This document shows, one piece after another, positions 63,641-64,000 of a stretch of 64,000 bases of DNA. Within the stretch, counting starts at the first letter, position 1, and every line of letters begins with the position of its first letter. The notes below the pieces were generated by a model, which did not search any database, had not been told where the DNA came from, and saw nothing but the letters and a program-made list of their open reading frames with translations. This DNA comes from Lama guanicoe (lineage: Eukaryota). A program made the translations under genes and the position numbers. The stretch is taken from contig MU053758.1 in assembly GCA_013239625.1 (NCBI GenBank), positions 930,001 to 994,000 on the forward strand. Reading direction: 5' to 3'.

Positions 63641-64000
63641 CTGGAAGGGTTATTAGCAGGATTGGAACTCATCCCTCTGCTGGGACTAGATCATAATTAC
63701 AGTAATTTTCTAACAGAGCGCGGCAGTAGGACTGTTTAATCAGCATCTGACTCCCCTGTGATCCCAGCCCTCATCACTCAAGGAGAGGAGTGGGATGGAT
63801 CTTAAAGAGACAGTGCCCGCCTTTCAGCGCTGCTAACAGATGTACCCTAATTGGTAGAATATATCTAAGTCTCGTAGCTCATAGCAGGCAGGTTGCATCG
63901 CCTCCAGCAAACCGCCTCGGGCTCTTACTACTCTGGGCCTTCTGCTGGAGGGATTCAGTCAGGCTGCTAGTGGCCTGGCTTCCCACATCAACACGGCCAC

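Noticed and set aside
1..64000. Prokaryote-style systems (CRISPR arrays, operons, defence islands)
   Set aside because: The sequence is spliced mammalian DNA; there is no repeat-spacer array and no long intronless gene.

Overview
Mammalian genomic DNA, most likely a camelid, judged from two young camelid-type tRNA-derived SINEs, a cetartiodactyl-type L1 3' end, and no ruminant or pig SINEs. The window holds the 3' part of SKAP1 (SKAP55, a T-cell adaptor) on the + strand. There are eight coding exons (13052-55386), all with GT-AG boundaries and matching phases. They encode the PH domain, the acidic tyrosine-motif linker and the C-terminal SH3 domain. A non-coding last exon follows (57415 to ~57785) with AATAAA. 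Bases 1-13051 are the end of a large upstream intron. The rest is intronic or intergenic: old repeats (HAL1, L2, MIR, L1ME, MamSINE1, MER103C, MER20, MLT1), microsatellites, a 43-N gap and a sequence matching human MIR1203 as I recall it. I see no new protein-coding system; the ORF track is noise apart from the SKAP1 exons. The best leads are non-coding and lie in the 18-kb intron that splits the SH3 domain. It has a repeat-poor, CpG-retaining stretch with clustered CDX/HOX and PBX-HOX motifs and a DR2 retinoic-acid element, bracketed by divergent CTCF motifs. This fits long-range developmental enhancers, since SKAP1 neighbours the HOXB cluster in mammals. It also has a possible cryptic in-frame alternative last exon. 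Repeat names, exon numbers and human comparisons are from memory and need database confirmation.
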